Assembly: GCA_973895155.1 (NCBI GenBank)
Contig: OZ316896.1
Span: 12,690,549-12,754,548, forward strand
Length of the DNA: 64,000 nt
Reading direction: 5' to 3'
From: Marsupella aquatica
Lineage: Eukaryota > Plantae > Marchantiophyta
A program made the translations under genes and the position numbers. The stretch's first letter is position 1. Each line of letters begins with the position of its first letter. The notes below the pieces were generated by a model. The model did not search any database. It was not told where the DNA came from and saw only the letters and a program-made list of their open reading frames with translations. Positions 1 through 12,192 of this stretch are shown one piece after another.

Positions 1-110
1 TTGCCTTTTTCCTTCTTCTCTTTCCGCTTGCAGCTGCCCCACTTTCTTTTATCTTCTTTCCCCCTCTCTTTCAGCTTGCAACTTATGATGGGTTACTTCT
101 AGGCATTCCA

Positions 111-3100
111 TCATGTAAAGGAGAACCCATCCATATCCAATTTACTGCGAGTGCAGGTGCCAACGAATGACAGTCGGTACAACAAAAAGTACTTAGTACA
201 GTGTTAAGGGCAAGACCCTTGCATTGCAACATAGGGTCCAGGTTTGAATTCTTGCACTAGCCACTAACACCCCTACAGGTAATCACACATCAAAATGTGA
301 TGATATATGGCGTGCACTCATTGATTTAAAGAAAATAACACAGTTTATCGTGGTATGGAGCAATATACTAAACCATGTATGTCATATTTTGATGTGCAGT
401 TACCAGGACCCAACTAACATCTGGACGGCGTAATCCCTGGTCCAAGAACCTAGTAATCTCCTCCTTGTCCAATCCTTGTGCTGAAGGGTGTGTGGAAAGA
501 GAGCAATACAAAGTGAAGCATGAATTGAGGACCTGCAACTGAGCGTTCTGTGCCAGGTTGGGTTACAATGTTGACACATGGTACTGACATATACACATGA
601 CAAGTCAACCATCTTGAGTGCTGGAGGACATTCTATAAGCTTGTACCTGCCCATGGATTCAATCTATTTTCTCTCAAAACGAGCTTCAAGCATTTTGGGT
701 AAGTGAGATATCCTTTGCAGGGTCTGTTATTTACACAAAAATATCCAAATCAACTACTATAATATGGGATCCCACCACATCTCACCCATTTGTCACTTTA
801 CAAACTTGAAAAAGGAGAGAATCATACCTACCATCAGATGTTGTCCAGGGTAATGTGAGACTCTTGGATTGGCTAGAAGACCCAAGATTTTTTGTCAGTA
901 GACTACAAAGTATAGTACATGTACTACAGTATAGTGATGAAAATGCTAGCTATAACCACATATAAAGTCTTTTTTTGGCGTGGAACATTAAAAGAATAGA
1001 CGAGCCTGAGATTGAGGCTAGGTTTTAGGCATGGAGGAGTAAAGGGCAGGCAAATTGACATGAGAAAGCATATTGTCTTTTATGTTGGGAGAGGAATTTT
1101 CATTTTTCGGAAGTTTATTTGATCTTTTCTTCCCAGTTTTTTCTCTTTCTTTAATCATTGTGTTAGACGGATGAAAAAAAGGAAAGGGAGGGGAGGGGAC
1201 TGAGGGGAGGGGAGGGGACGTGAGGCAAGCATGGAGGCAATGGGAGGGCAAGGGAGAGTGGGAGGAAAGAAAGGGACGGCATGGATGGGAGAGGGGGAAA
1301 AAACAGTAAGGCAAAAAGTTAACGTGTTCTCTCGGATATAGCCAGCTCATCCTGGAACTTAGTTACTCAGTTGTCTTGTACCGCAGTAAAACTTGTTAGT
1401 CTATCTTAATGAGTCAAATCATGGGCAATTGGAAGAGTTGAGCCAAGTCACTGCCCTTGCTGCCAAATTCCAACAGTGTTAAAGATTGCTCTTAGTCTTG
1501 TGACTCAAAGGTTAAGGCACTTAGGCTAACCACAATTAGGGTCGTTAGGTTAGTTGTGTGTGACCTTGTATATACCAGGGCTAGTGTAAGTCGCTAGTGT
1601 GTGGTGCTTACTCATTGTAACGGAGCAACTTGAGGAAGAGGGAGAGCATGTGTGTTTGTCTACTCTTGAAGTAAAGCTTGAGTGTTCGTGTGGACGTAGC
1701 CTTAGAAAAGAGGTGAACCACGTAGAGATTGCGTCTACTACGTGTGCATGGAATGAGTAATGATTGGATCGTCATGTTCAAAGGAAGACGTCATAGTTCA
1801 ACAAGCAACACTATCACTTTGGGTGAGCTGCTGCCAAATGCTGCGACAAGCATCTAGCACCTACTAGGAGCACGGCCAGTTAGGGCGAGCAGTTGCTCTT
1901 GCTGGTACTCTCGCGACCCTAGCTCTATGTGCTTGTTGCTGCTGCATGCTCGATGCTCGGTACTTGTTGCCAATCCCGGATGCTGCTGGAGACCTTGCAG
2001 CTGTGATGTACTGGGCAATCTCGATTGAGTCACTTTTGGAGGGCTCAGTGGGAGGGGCTGAGTCGTTGGTGTGGGCTCAATGTTGTGGGGCTTGATGAGA
2101 CTGGGCTAGAGTGTTGGGGGCTGGATCTTGTTGTGTGGGCCCAATGATGGTTGATACTCACCAGATGTTGGCTGATGCTGCTGGATACCACTTGGCTGTG
2201 CTCTAGTGGTCAATCTTGATCTATCAATGGCAGCTACAATGGATGCTTGTAGCCTTGGCTATGCGAGTCAGTTCCTTGGCCGGGGCTTGTTTTGATGTGC
2301 TCACTTTGGATTTTTGGCCATCTGAATTGGTTTGAGATTTGGTTGTGGTTGTGCTCTCATTTTGTTCTCCCCTTGACTTTCCTGTATGTGTGCTCCGGTT
2401 TTGGCTTTGCCTTCCTGTGCAGCTTGTTATAGTTTCCTTTGCATTCATTTCGTCCTCCCTTCCCTACATGGCTTGGCTCGGTTGCTTGCTTGATTTGGTT
2501 TGGTAACTTCTTAGAGCTTGGCTGTTTCAACCTGTTGTTTGGTTTTTCAGATTGACATTATCGTGGCTAATTCAAAATGTGCTCACTCTCTTGGCTGCTG
2601 CTCACTCTTGGTCTCGGTGATTAGTGCAAAAAAATGATTCCGCCATTGATTGGATTTGGTCTAAATGCAAACTTACATTTTCTTTTAAGGGGCAAAAAAT
2701 TAAATTATAAGTAGTGGTTTCTTTTTCTTACCTTAATGGCACATTAAAACTCTAATTTATGCTAAAAAAACAAGAATAAATAAATGTAGTGATGGTTTGC
2801 CATCTAGCAATGTTGGAAATTTTTGTAATTTATGTTCTCTCTGATCATGCAACCCACCTGGACCCTAGAATACCCTAGAAACTCTTACCCATCTTGTGTC
2901 CACCTTGCCCTCCAAGCGCTTGCCCTCTCCAACAACATCAACTAAAATGAAAACAATGTCACACCAACAAGCATGCACCTGAACAACACTATTGCAACCA
3001 TAACATGACTACACAGATGATATAGCTAGAATAACAACACTTGTGCAACAATCACATTACCACTATGAGAACCCAATTGAAACTACAATCAACTTCTAAA

Positions 3101-5688
3101 ACCACCACATTCATCCCGACCACAAGCACATCAAAGTGGAAATGATTATTGTGCAATGCATGGACACACAACTCAAAAGTTCACCTAAGTAACCTCCTCC
3201 ACACTTATTTTCTTCAATAACTTACTCCACAACATCGTTTGAACAACAAAGTCTCTGCAATGCATGGGAATTGTCACGCTAGCAAGACATAGCCGCAATG
3301 ACCAATATGATTGGTTGTAATGACCACAACAATGTCGTGCAATGCATGAGCATTGGGCTATCAAACACATGGCCTCACATTCAAATTCAAGCATCATAGT
3401 ATGCATTAACTCTTCATTGGGAGGATCAATTTCTATTCTTTGAATATATTCTGTACACTAAACTTGTGCACCTTAGAACATTGTCAAAATGACATGGCAG
3501 TCATCCTTGTCTTACATGCATTTTTTTGCCTCTCCTTCACATGTTTTTTGCAATGCATGGGCATTCGGCTAGTTTTACATGACAAAGCAAAGCCGATAAT
3601 AGTGATATCCTTGTATGGTAAGGGAAATAGGCAAAAATATCTATGATTTTCATGAAAAAGAGCAAAACGAATTATCCTCTTGATATAGGAGCTATCCTTT
3701 GCTTGGTATCAAAAATGTTACTCCCATCAAGGCTAGGACGGTGAAAATTACCTTGCATTGTTATTTTTTGATACCAAATGTATATCTTTTACATTTTTAC
3801 ATTTTGTTTCACCCGGCTGTTTCCTTTATCAACTGGCCGTTACTTATGTCACCCTAGGGGTCCAGTAGGTGACATTTTATTTCAGCTGGCCATTTTTCTT
3901 GTCACCCTCTACTTGTCCATGCACACGGACAGCACTGTTGCTTTTCTTTGGTTGGCGCTATCATCAAAATGACTTTCATAGCCAATTTGGGTGATCTAAA
4001 CAGGACTCACTTTGTCCTGTTCCTGATGTGGAGCTTGCCATCTAGCGTGATTAGCCACACGGTGCATTGTTGTATCTTCTCTTTTACTTTTTGGCTGTAT
4101 CCGTTTTGACTTGCTCAATACTTTTGTCTAGCTCAGGTTGAGAGACGCCATTCTGTGCAAGAGATTTAACACAATCGAATGGTTTAGTCATTTTCTTTTG
4201 TGGTTTCTTAGTTGTCACCTTCGCCACTTAGACCTGTGGTGTTCCTCATTTTGTCAAACCTCGTGGGTTCTTCTAAGCCCCATCTTGTAAAGTATTTGTC
4301 TTTCCAAACAGCCATCTGAGGTAAACCTGTGTGGTTTAGTCGGAAGTCAGTGCTTGGGATATGGGACTGTACAAGATGCATTCAGAACCTTATCTATCAG
4401 AACGAGAACCCAGCATATTACTAAAGTAAATTAGGACCCACACGGACCAATTGATCAGGCGATGAATAAAGGCTCCCATTCATTCTTGTTCTACTTGACA
4501 ACTGGCTAAAGTTTTACAATTTACACGGTACCATTGATATCTCGTATGAGTTGATTTGAAATTTGAGAAATTTCGTAGAGCGCCATTCTTCAATTTATGT
4601 ACTTTTTGTCATTCGGTATTGCATTTATGTTGACCGTGGAAAACAGTCCAAAGTTTAGAATATCAAGCACTTGGTCCTTGGACCATGCGGTGGGTGAGAT
4701 AGTCCCAGCACCTGAAATTTGGAAAATGAAAAAACAATAATGTCCCGAAGAATGTCATGAAATAGGTACACCAGCTTATTGGTTGACATTTCCACACAAT
4801 AAAGTGCCCCCTTTTTGAATCCTTTTGGTACCCCGTCAAAATTTGGCCGGTGTGGAGGCGAAATTCAACGAAGGGAAGCAGCACTGGACAGGCAAGCAAA
4901 GATGCCATAAAGGAGAGATGAAGGGGACGAGTAGCTCTCTCATAAAGCGATAGGGTAGCACTTAAAACAAAACAAAAGCTGTGGAAATCCTGTTTTGAAA
5001 ATTTTCAATGGACAGCTTGGATGTCGGTTCTACGAATTGGAAACGCACGGATAACTGTTGAATGAATGATAGCTTCTCTGGCACTTGAAAAGTCTTCATG
5101 TCTAATAGACATGGAGACCTCGGTTCCCCTGGGCTTACTTGTGATTCCTGGTTGAAAAGTGCTTCGGAGCCAAAGAGAACTTGGGTGCAAAGAATCCCTT
5201 TTGACTCCTCTCTAGAATAATGAGGGCCTGCTTTATCCTTCAACCAAGTGAGAGGCAGTGGTTCCACATACATGGCAGCAACTTGTGGTGCTGCTTGCCG
5301 GGTCATCTACAGATACAAACTCATAGGGATCTATAGCAGACCAACAGCAATCCAAACTAGGTATTATTGAGTTCTGATAGCAAATGTTTGATAAGCCTTC
5401 CCACATGAAGTAAGATATTACAACTTCAAACTAAGGAATCTTCCCTCAAACATAGTGTATAAAAAATCAGTTTAAAAAATTTATTTTTAAACCAAGAAAT
5501 GGAACATTGCAATGGAGGATAAATAAAAGACTACGTGCGCTATTGGGTTTGAGCTATAGTAGCTAGAAACTAAAACACAATTCATCCACCTCTCCATCAA
5601 GCAACCACACCGACAAGCCTCCATCCATGATTCCATCTTTATGCACAATACATTGGTACCCAAAGGACCCTAGTTGCATACGTGCTTG
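111..5688 (-). CDS. Multi-exon protein-coding gene of unknown function (N-terminus and central exons unresolved)
   Basis: Two runs of GT-AG exons with matching phases. 5' run: 5688-5590, 5430-5272, 5211-5139, 4883-4772 and 4711-~4671, translating as QARMQLGSFGYQCIVHKDGIMDGGLSVWLLDGE/FEVVISYFMWEGLSNICYQNSIIPSLDCCWSAIDPYEFVSVDDPASSTTSCCH/RGVKRDSLHPSSLWLRSTFQPGITM/LLPFVEFRLHTGQILTGYQKDSKRGHFIVWKCQPISW/CWDYLTHRMVQGP. 3' run: 872-828, 646-589, 480-404 and 144-111, translating as QSKSLTLPWTTSDGR/YKLIECPPALKMVDLSCVY/HKDWTRRRLLGSWTRDYAVQMLVGSC/KLDMDGFSFT-stop. That the two runs belong to one gene is inferred. Confidence 0.7.
1477..1803 (+). mobile_element. Solo/orphan copia LTR, related to the LTR at 12193-12536
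   Basis: TGTT...CAACA termini. Shares blocks with 12193-12536 (tagtcttgtgactc, gctaaccaca, ctcattgt.acggagc, gtaaagct, gtggacgtag, gaggtgaaccacgta). No matching 5-bp TSD (aacag vs agcaa) and no PBS. Confidence 0.75.
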
Positions 5689-7403
5689 CTGCAGCCTTTT
5701 CAAGCCTCAAAGTTACAAGCTGAATGGACTGTTGTTGTGCTAGTGCTCGAGGGGACATTCAAAAGTTAGGAGGCAGTCACAAAGGTTGCACACAAGGTTC
5801 CTTTCAGGGTGGCTTTACAAGAACTTGCAGGCAGTTCTATTTTCCTCTTCTATGTTTGAGATGCAATCCTGGCCATTCAAATGTGTGATCAGGCCACCCT
5901 TCACTTTACAAGAACTGGGCAGCAGTTTCACGCTAAATCATTGTAGATCCTAGCCATCTCCTTTTTTTTTTTGTCTAATCTGTGTATATTTCTTTGTCAA
6001 AAACTTAGACCATCTCAAGGAAGTCCAAGAGAATGTGTAATGGTCAGGAGCAAACTGTAATTTATCTTCAGGGACTTTGTATTTATTATGTCCAGACCTA
6101 CCTCATTTTGGCTCAGACATTTTAACTTTAGTGTATGCAACTGCCCCCTCTCCCTTTGCTTTGGATGGGAGCACACTGAATGGACACTAAGGTCTTTGTA
6201 AAGCCCCTCTCAATAGCAAGTATGTAAGTGTTGTCTGTCCCATTTCCTCTACCCACAAGCAAATATAACATATATTCACAAATGTCACCCTTGAATTATT
6301 TTGCAAGATGACTCGCATATATCAGTGTCCCGACAGGGAGCAAGGTAAATAAGAACTCGGAAAAAAAGCAAGAAAAGTTAAGTGAAGAGTTAGTAAAACT
6401 GATTTTATCTAGTACGAGTCACCTTCGTTGCCACAAAATTAAAAAAAATGACATGGTTTACCGTCCATTGTAAAATAAAATAGAAAAGACAAGTGAAAGG
6501 TGTTTTTGTTCCCGGTTCTCAAGATTTGTCAATGGACTATTGACATATTGCTTCACAGGTGTCTGACAGCGATCCGTTCTCGACCCAAGACCATACTGTG
6601 ACATGCGGGTTCATTTGGGCAGTTTCCAGTTCTCCAGCATCTGGTTGGCTTGTGCTCTGGCCTGTAGAGCTTGTTTTTGTTTGTGTCCTAATTTGTGCAG
6701 GGCAGCTTATTTTTTAAGGTTTTTGTCCAATGTGTGAAGGAGAAGATGCTCAAAATATTACTCTCTGATTAATTTTCCTGATCTCCCTAGATTTAAGGAT
6801 GTCCACTGGATTAGGGCTAATGGGGCCTGCAATTAGGTGAAACACTGGCTAATGAGACACAAAAATACTAGCAATAGCCAAAAGTGGCACAAGGTTTTTG
6901 GGGGAGGTGGAATTTGACAAAATCTTGCCACTATACAAAAACTCTACTGCAGGGTCCTCTCGGCCTTTTTTAATTTTTTTTAAAGAGGCAGACGCCTAGA
7001 AAACTTTATTCAGGAGCACCGGGGCAATAGAGAATACAACTGCCTGGAGGGAGGAGGCAAGGAACTAACCAAAGAATAATTAATGGGGGGCTGAGAGAGG
7101 GAGCACCCCCAATAGAATAGTGGGAGGAACACACCCAACCAGACTGCCAATTTGAAGGGGCAAGCCGTACATGGGAAGGAGGGACCCCAAACGGGAGAAG
7201 CAGCTAAATGAACAGACTGAACTTAATTCTTTCCAAAAGGAAAAGGAAAACATAATTAACGGGTTATTTTGCCGCTTTTGGGTGACGAAGCATGGAAACT
7301 GACCTCAAGGCCCCCTCTGAAGTTGACGGTCAGGAGCAGTTCAAGCAGTCCACCGCAAACTGCAGTCGTAGTAAGGCAGTTGCTCGTTACAGGCACCCGA
7401 GTA

Positions 7404-7483
7404 TCGTACCACGTAGAACAACGACGGCAGGCGACGGGATGGCTCGTACCCCTGCAGTGGAACAACGACGGCAGGCGACGGGG
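7404..7483. repeat. Local direct duplication
   Basis: gaacaacgacggcaggcgacggg at 7416 and 7460, each preceded by tcgtacc. Confidence 0.85.
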
Positions 7484-7834
7484 TGAAACGAGGGCGGCAC
7501 CGACCGCAACGTTGGAATTGATGAGGACCTGAATACCGTAACGATGTGCAAGTAAATGCAAATGCAGTTCCAGATAATTACGAGTTTTAGGCTTACACAG
7601 TGCCGAGACGTATCGGTACCCGGGAGTGACATCCGGCCGTCCATACACTAACTGACATGGTGACATCTGCATCGAGTTCCTGACGAGGACGGGATGGATA
7701 GTCTGACATCATGCTTCCGGGATTGGCTGAATTTGCAATCATTTTCACACCGTTGTTTACTTACGATGTGTCGCAACATATAATAGCCGCCGATGGTACC
7801 AGGACTGTCCAGATCTTATCGTTAGAAGCATAGT

Positions 7835-7895
7835 ATTATTTCTGGACAGAGCAGTTTTTGCCGGAACATCAAAAACTGCTCTGTCCAGAAATAAT
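7835..7895. repeat. Perfect 26-bp inverted repeat with 9-nt loop
   Basis: attatttctggacagagcagtttttg (7835-7860) is the exact reverse complement of 7870-7895. Confidence 0.95.
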
Positions 7896-9814
7896 GATTG
7901 CGGAGATGATGATATACTCGTTGGGGATCCACTGTTGTCCGCATCAGCATGACTTGTTAAGGTAAGGTTTTTTCTTTTTCTCAGATGCTAAGAATATTAC
8001 TGATATTATTTCATAGATTAATTTGTGACAGACAGATTTTCTTAGGGTTAAAAACAACTATCAGATTCTGGCTAGGCTGGCGCTAATGGTCAATATCACC
8101 TTGTGATGAATGAGAAAAGGTTAAAAATATTCTTTCTCTACTTTTCATGATTGATTTCTAATTGTTTTATTTTGCTAGATTTAAGCATCCCCGTCAGATT
8201 CTGGTTATTGTCTGCCACTAGGTTCGAACTTGGCTTGTCGAAGACAGAAAGTTTGAAACAACCATTCTCTGAATTTTCAAACAACCTCACTGAAAGTTGG
8301 CTAGGTTTTCTGTCTTTTCTGTTTTCTGGCTCCCTTCTAATAGGAGGAAAAAAATCTTCACAATGCCATACTTTTTCTCAAAGGAGGAAATAACTCTAAA
8401 TGTACACCACTTGTTAGCAAAATTAGTCCCTAGCTAGTCAAAACTTGGTTTCAAATATCTTTGCTTTAGTGTTTTGGAAAATCCAATTTTGGAATTCCTC
8501 TTTTGGCCATCTAAATCACTAGCCGTAGGCTTAGAAGTGCACTACAAAATACCAAGTCCGCAAAAATAAAAAGACATTAAAGAACACTCCTGTGAACACT
8601 CCTGTGACTTGCTAGTAAGAGTCTCATTGCTAGCAAAAAGTGCTGCCTGTTGCATCACACTGTACCTGGTCAAGGTCCTTCAACTTACTGTGCAGAGTGA
8701 CACCACCATGGCTCAAATTTGGCTTAAAGAATTTTTTTCCTCAATGTACGAGGGTGTGAGAGAGACCACAACAATTATTGATGTGAAACCGATAGGTTAT
8801 GAGATTAAGTTTACCATTTTTTGTAAAGGCAATAGTGTGCCAAGTGTTGAGCTAGCTACAGGTCACGACAAGCACAACCTTCTACAAGAGTATTCCTTTC
8901 AAGTAAAACGGAAAGCTCGTACAGTACTGCCCTAACTTGGCCCCTACCAAAAAAGCAACAAAGCGAAAATAATGAATGAAGTTGGATACACACGAAAGTA
9001 TCCACAAAGGGGGCTTAAAGGAGGGAGGAGGGTGTGATCACATTCTCGAAACGTGCAAGTGTGCGCATCAATGAAGAAACGAGGCGATTAGATGGGATGA
9101 TTGGGCAAAGCAGGGAAAAAAATAATGTTATATCGAAGAAGATAGAACAAGAAGTGCCGACTAGACATGCGACGAAAAGGAAAAGCACTTTGAGGCACAC
9201 CAAAATGGCGCGGTCCTCGAGACTCAAAAGTCCATTGGAAATCTATACTAAATAGGATACTTTATTCACCAGATGAATTAAAGGCCAATAGACCAGCATA
9301 AAAGACAAGACCAACCACACTCAACCACGGTCAACAGGGTAGTCACACAACTTGTAAACTCCCTTCTACTAGTAACGTGTTCGACCTTTAATAGTGTTCT
9401 GTAGCTCCTTTGGACTCTAGTGAGTACTGACCCTCTGGAATCAGAAAAAGTTCTGAGTGTCACTAGAGGCGCTTGAACCCCACCTTTTGGGGGTTATGTG
9501 TGTAAACTCTGTTGGAATTAAAAAAAGCTATGTGTGTAACCAGAGGCCTTTGAACCCCACTTTTTTTTTTTGCCTTGAAAACCGAAAGCAGGCCCATCCA
9601 ACAGAGGATAGACATCCTGCTTTGGAGCATGCATTTCTATATAGGGCAGCCACAAGGGGACAATACCCAGGGATCCGACAGGGACCCAGACCAGGAGGGA
9701 GAGAGAATTAAACCAGAACCCAAAGTGGGCAACTAGGGCTGAGGAGATAATCAATACTCCCACCACTACACCCCACCCACACACACACACATACCCTCCA
9801 CACCCCTTATGTGT

Positions 9815-9880
9815 GGAGGGAGGATTGAACTTGGGACCTCTCGGTTCTAGGCTCATCCTCTGGCCAACTGACCAAAGCCA
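9815..9880 (-). mobile_element. tRNA-derived SINE-like head (relic)
   Basis: Minus strand reads ggctttggtcagttggccagag...gaggtcccaagttcaatcctcc, with A-box-like and B-box-like (GTTCAATCC) motifs at tRNA-like spacing. No convincing cloverleaf. Confidence 0.4.
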
Positions 9881-10911
9881 GTTTCTGAACCTCTCTTTTG
9901 GGGGCGATGTGTGTCAAAAAGGCCCAGAATGAGTTTTGAGCCCAACACCTGAGACACCCCACTCTCGCCCTCTACAAGCAACCCACAGACTGCAGGATGT
10001 CTGATGGCATCTATTCTAGGTATTTGTTTTAAGTCTTCGGGCATCGAACCTGCAACTACCGGCTACCGGCAGCCACCGACTAAAGGAGCAAACGCAACGC
10101 AACAGTATTTAATGTGAATCCCATGATTTATAGAAGGAAATACTTGTAACCAGTAAACAAACTGATTGTTGTCACCACACACCCACATACCACCAACGGA
10201 GAATAGTGATTCAATCCTCACAGATTTTTTTTGGCCGTGGGTGTCAGTTGCTCAATAGAGGTCAGGCATTCACTACCTGTCCAAGGCAGTTGATTGTAAA
10301 CTCCTATCTCCTGTATTGCCCCTTCTGGTCTTTGACAGAGTTTTATTCATTTGTTACAACTCCTTCGGTTCACTTTTAGATGCTCTCTGCATGCCAGCGG
10401 GCATCCTAGTTGTGTTAAGAGAATGACCTACAATTTTTAAAAAGTGTCAAGTCTTATGTGTAGAGAGTGCTTTGGTGAGCTCCACTTTGGGATGTCTGGA
10501 AAAGTTGGTTGATTTATGAAGCTTGAACTCACAACCTCACTTGACACAATAAGCATTGCACTATGCTTGCTGAGACAACTAATATTGAGCAAACTTTGAC
10601 TTATGTAAATCTGCAACCATGGGTATCATATGGAATGTGAGGACATACCATGTACCATAGTAGGGACACGGCACCATGGAATGGTGCGGTTCACTGTCTC
10701 AGGAATTTTCAAGCACATGGCAAAAGTAGTTTCCCTGGAAATCTGCAGTGCCAAGTTAGAATTGTTTCATTGCTCTAGGTGTCCTGTTTTTCATTTTTGC
10801 CTTAACATTGTGTTCCCTCTGTATGCTCATCAGCTGTCCTGTTTTATTTTTCAAATTGCTCAACTTTCCTTTCAAATCTGATGTTAAAAGTTAATCAACG
10901 TTATATAAAAT

Positions 10912-11053
10912 TGTTATACCCTAACTAGACTCCATGGTTACCTTAACCATAGTTACCGTATAAGATAACTCGGATGGAGACTATATAAAGAGATGCACCC
11001 ATTCATTCTATAGAGAAGAATCTCATTATCATTTCCCACATCATTCCTCAACA
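10912..11053 (+). repeat. 5' LTR of the outer element
   Basis: tgttataccc...cctcaaca with internal TATA-like tatataaag; near-identical to 17228-17369. Confidence 0.95.
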
Positions 11054-11085
11054 CGTTATCAGCACGACTCTAGACCAGCTGAGCT
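11054..11085 (+). promoter_or_regulatory. Primer-binding site complementary to the 5' half of tRNA-Ile
   Basis: cgttatcagcacgactctagaccagctgagct lies directly after the 5' LTR. Its reverse complement resembles the D-arm to anticodon-arm portion of plant tRNA-Ile(AAU) as recalled (AGCTCAG.TGGTTAGAGCGTCGTGCTAATAACG). Confidence 0.75.
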
Positions 11086-12192
11086 TGATCACAATTTTTT
11101 TTTAGGAATTTCCCTATGGCCATGATGAATGAATGTTCTCTTAAGGATTTCCAAGTTATGGAGGAGAATTGAATTGGGAGTGAGAAGGCTAGTAGTTTGA
11201 ACCACCAAGAGAACATGAGTCACATTGAAGCAACGACAGGATGTAGCATTGTGGTCGCGCCGAGAGGAAGCTTATGAAGGCTGTGATATGATCAAAAGAA
11301 ATTTTGTTTTGAAGGGTGATTCTGAAGATCGTGTGGGAAAGCAGTATTCAAGGCAATGATTTGAGTCAAGTGGAAAGCTATGGCTGAGGCAAGAGAGATC
11401 GAGTTCAGCCGCGCTGCTTCCTTCTACCCAACCAGGCCAGATCAACCTAAATCTCTCGAGGCGATGAGTTGAAGCCGGGTGGATCGAGAGCAAATCAGGA
11501 CCCGATTGGGATCATAAGAAAAAATTTCAAAACCCTAACCTCATAAGGGACGAACGCAGGCGCCTTCTCTTTCCCTGAATTTCACAATGTTTCTCAACCG
11601 CTGACAGTTTCTTGTTGGTCGATCTGCAAGCCATAAAGGATGAAAGGAAATACCATTACACACGATCGAGTGAAGTACAGGCATTACAAGAGTCCAAACA
11701 TGGATGTTGAATTGGTCGTTTGTTGATTCAATGAAGATTCCAATAAGAGCCATTTGATACAGTCGTATCAAATTGAAGAAGATAGAAGCAAATGTCGTGG
11801 AGGAAGAACATCTTGGCTTTGGTTGTGAACATACGGGAGATGGCATCTAGCGAAAGAAACGAATCATCATTGTGGGGTCTAGATCTGATAGCATTTTCTG
11901 AATCCTAAATATGGAATGTTGTGCTTGTCCAAGAATGAGCCTGAGAAGCTGATCGCAATCAAAGAATGAGCCAAAGCGACAAGTGAGATTTCAAGAGACA
12001 CACATGAGTAACTTAAACATGCAACATTCAATCTCAAAATCCTCGAGAAAAACTCGAACACCAGATAAGTGCAACCCTCATTAAATGCACAGTATAGTAA
12101 AGAGTTTCTAAAATACAAATGCTTGGATGCACTTATCCAAAAGTGCACTTATAAGTGCTTGGGTGCACTTATACAAGTGCTTGGGTGCACTT

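Noticed and set aside
200-270. tRNA-like B-box motifs here and near 10045 and 49395
   Set aside because: No cloverleaf with acceptor stem could be built; at most SINE relics.
400-654. 84-aa ORF (also 4663-4908, 4962-5306 and 5005-5190) as stand-alone genes
   Set aside because: Better explained as exons plus retained in-frame introns, or alternative frames, of the spliced minus-strand gene.
1018-1350. 110-aa Pro/Ser-rich ORF
   Set aside because: Product of a low-complexity purine/pyrimidine tract in the gap between the hidden gene's exon runs.
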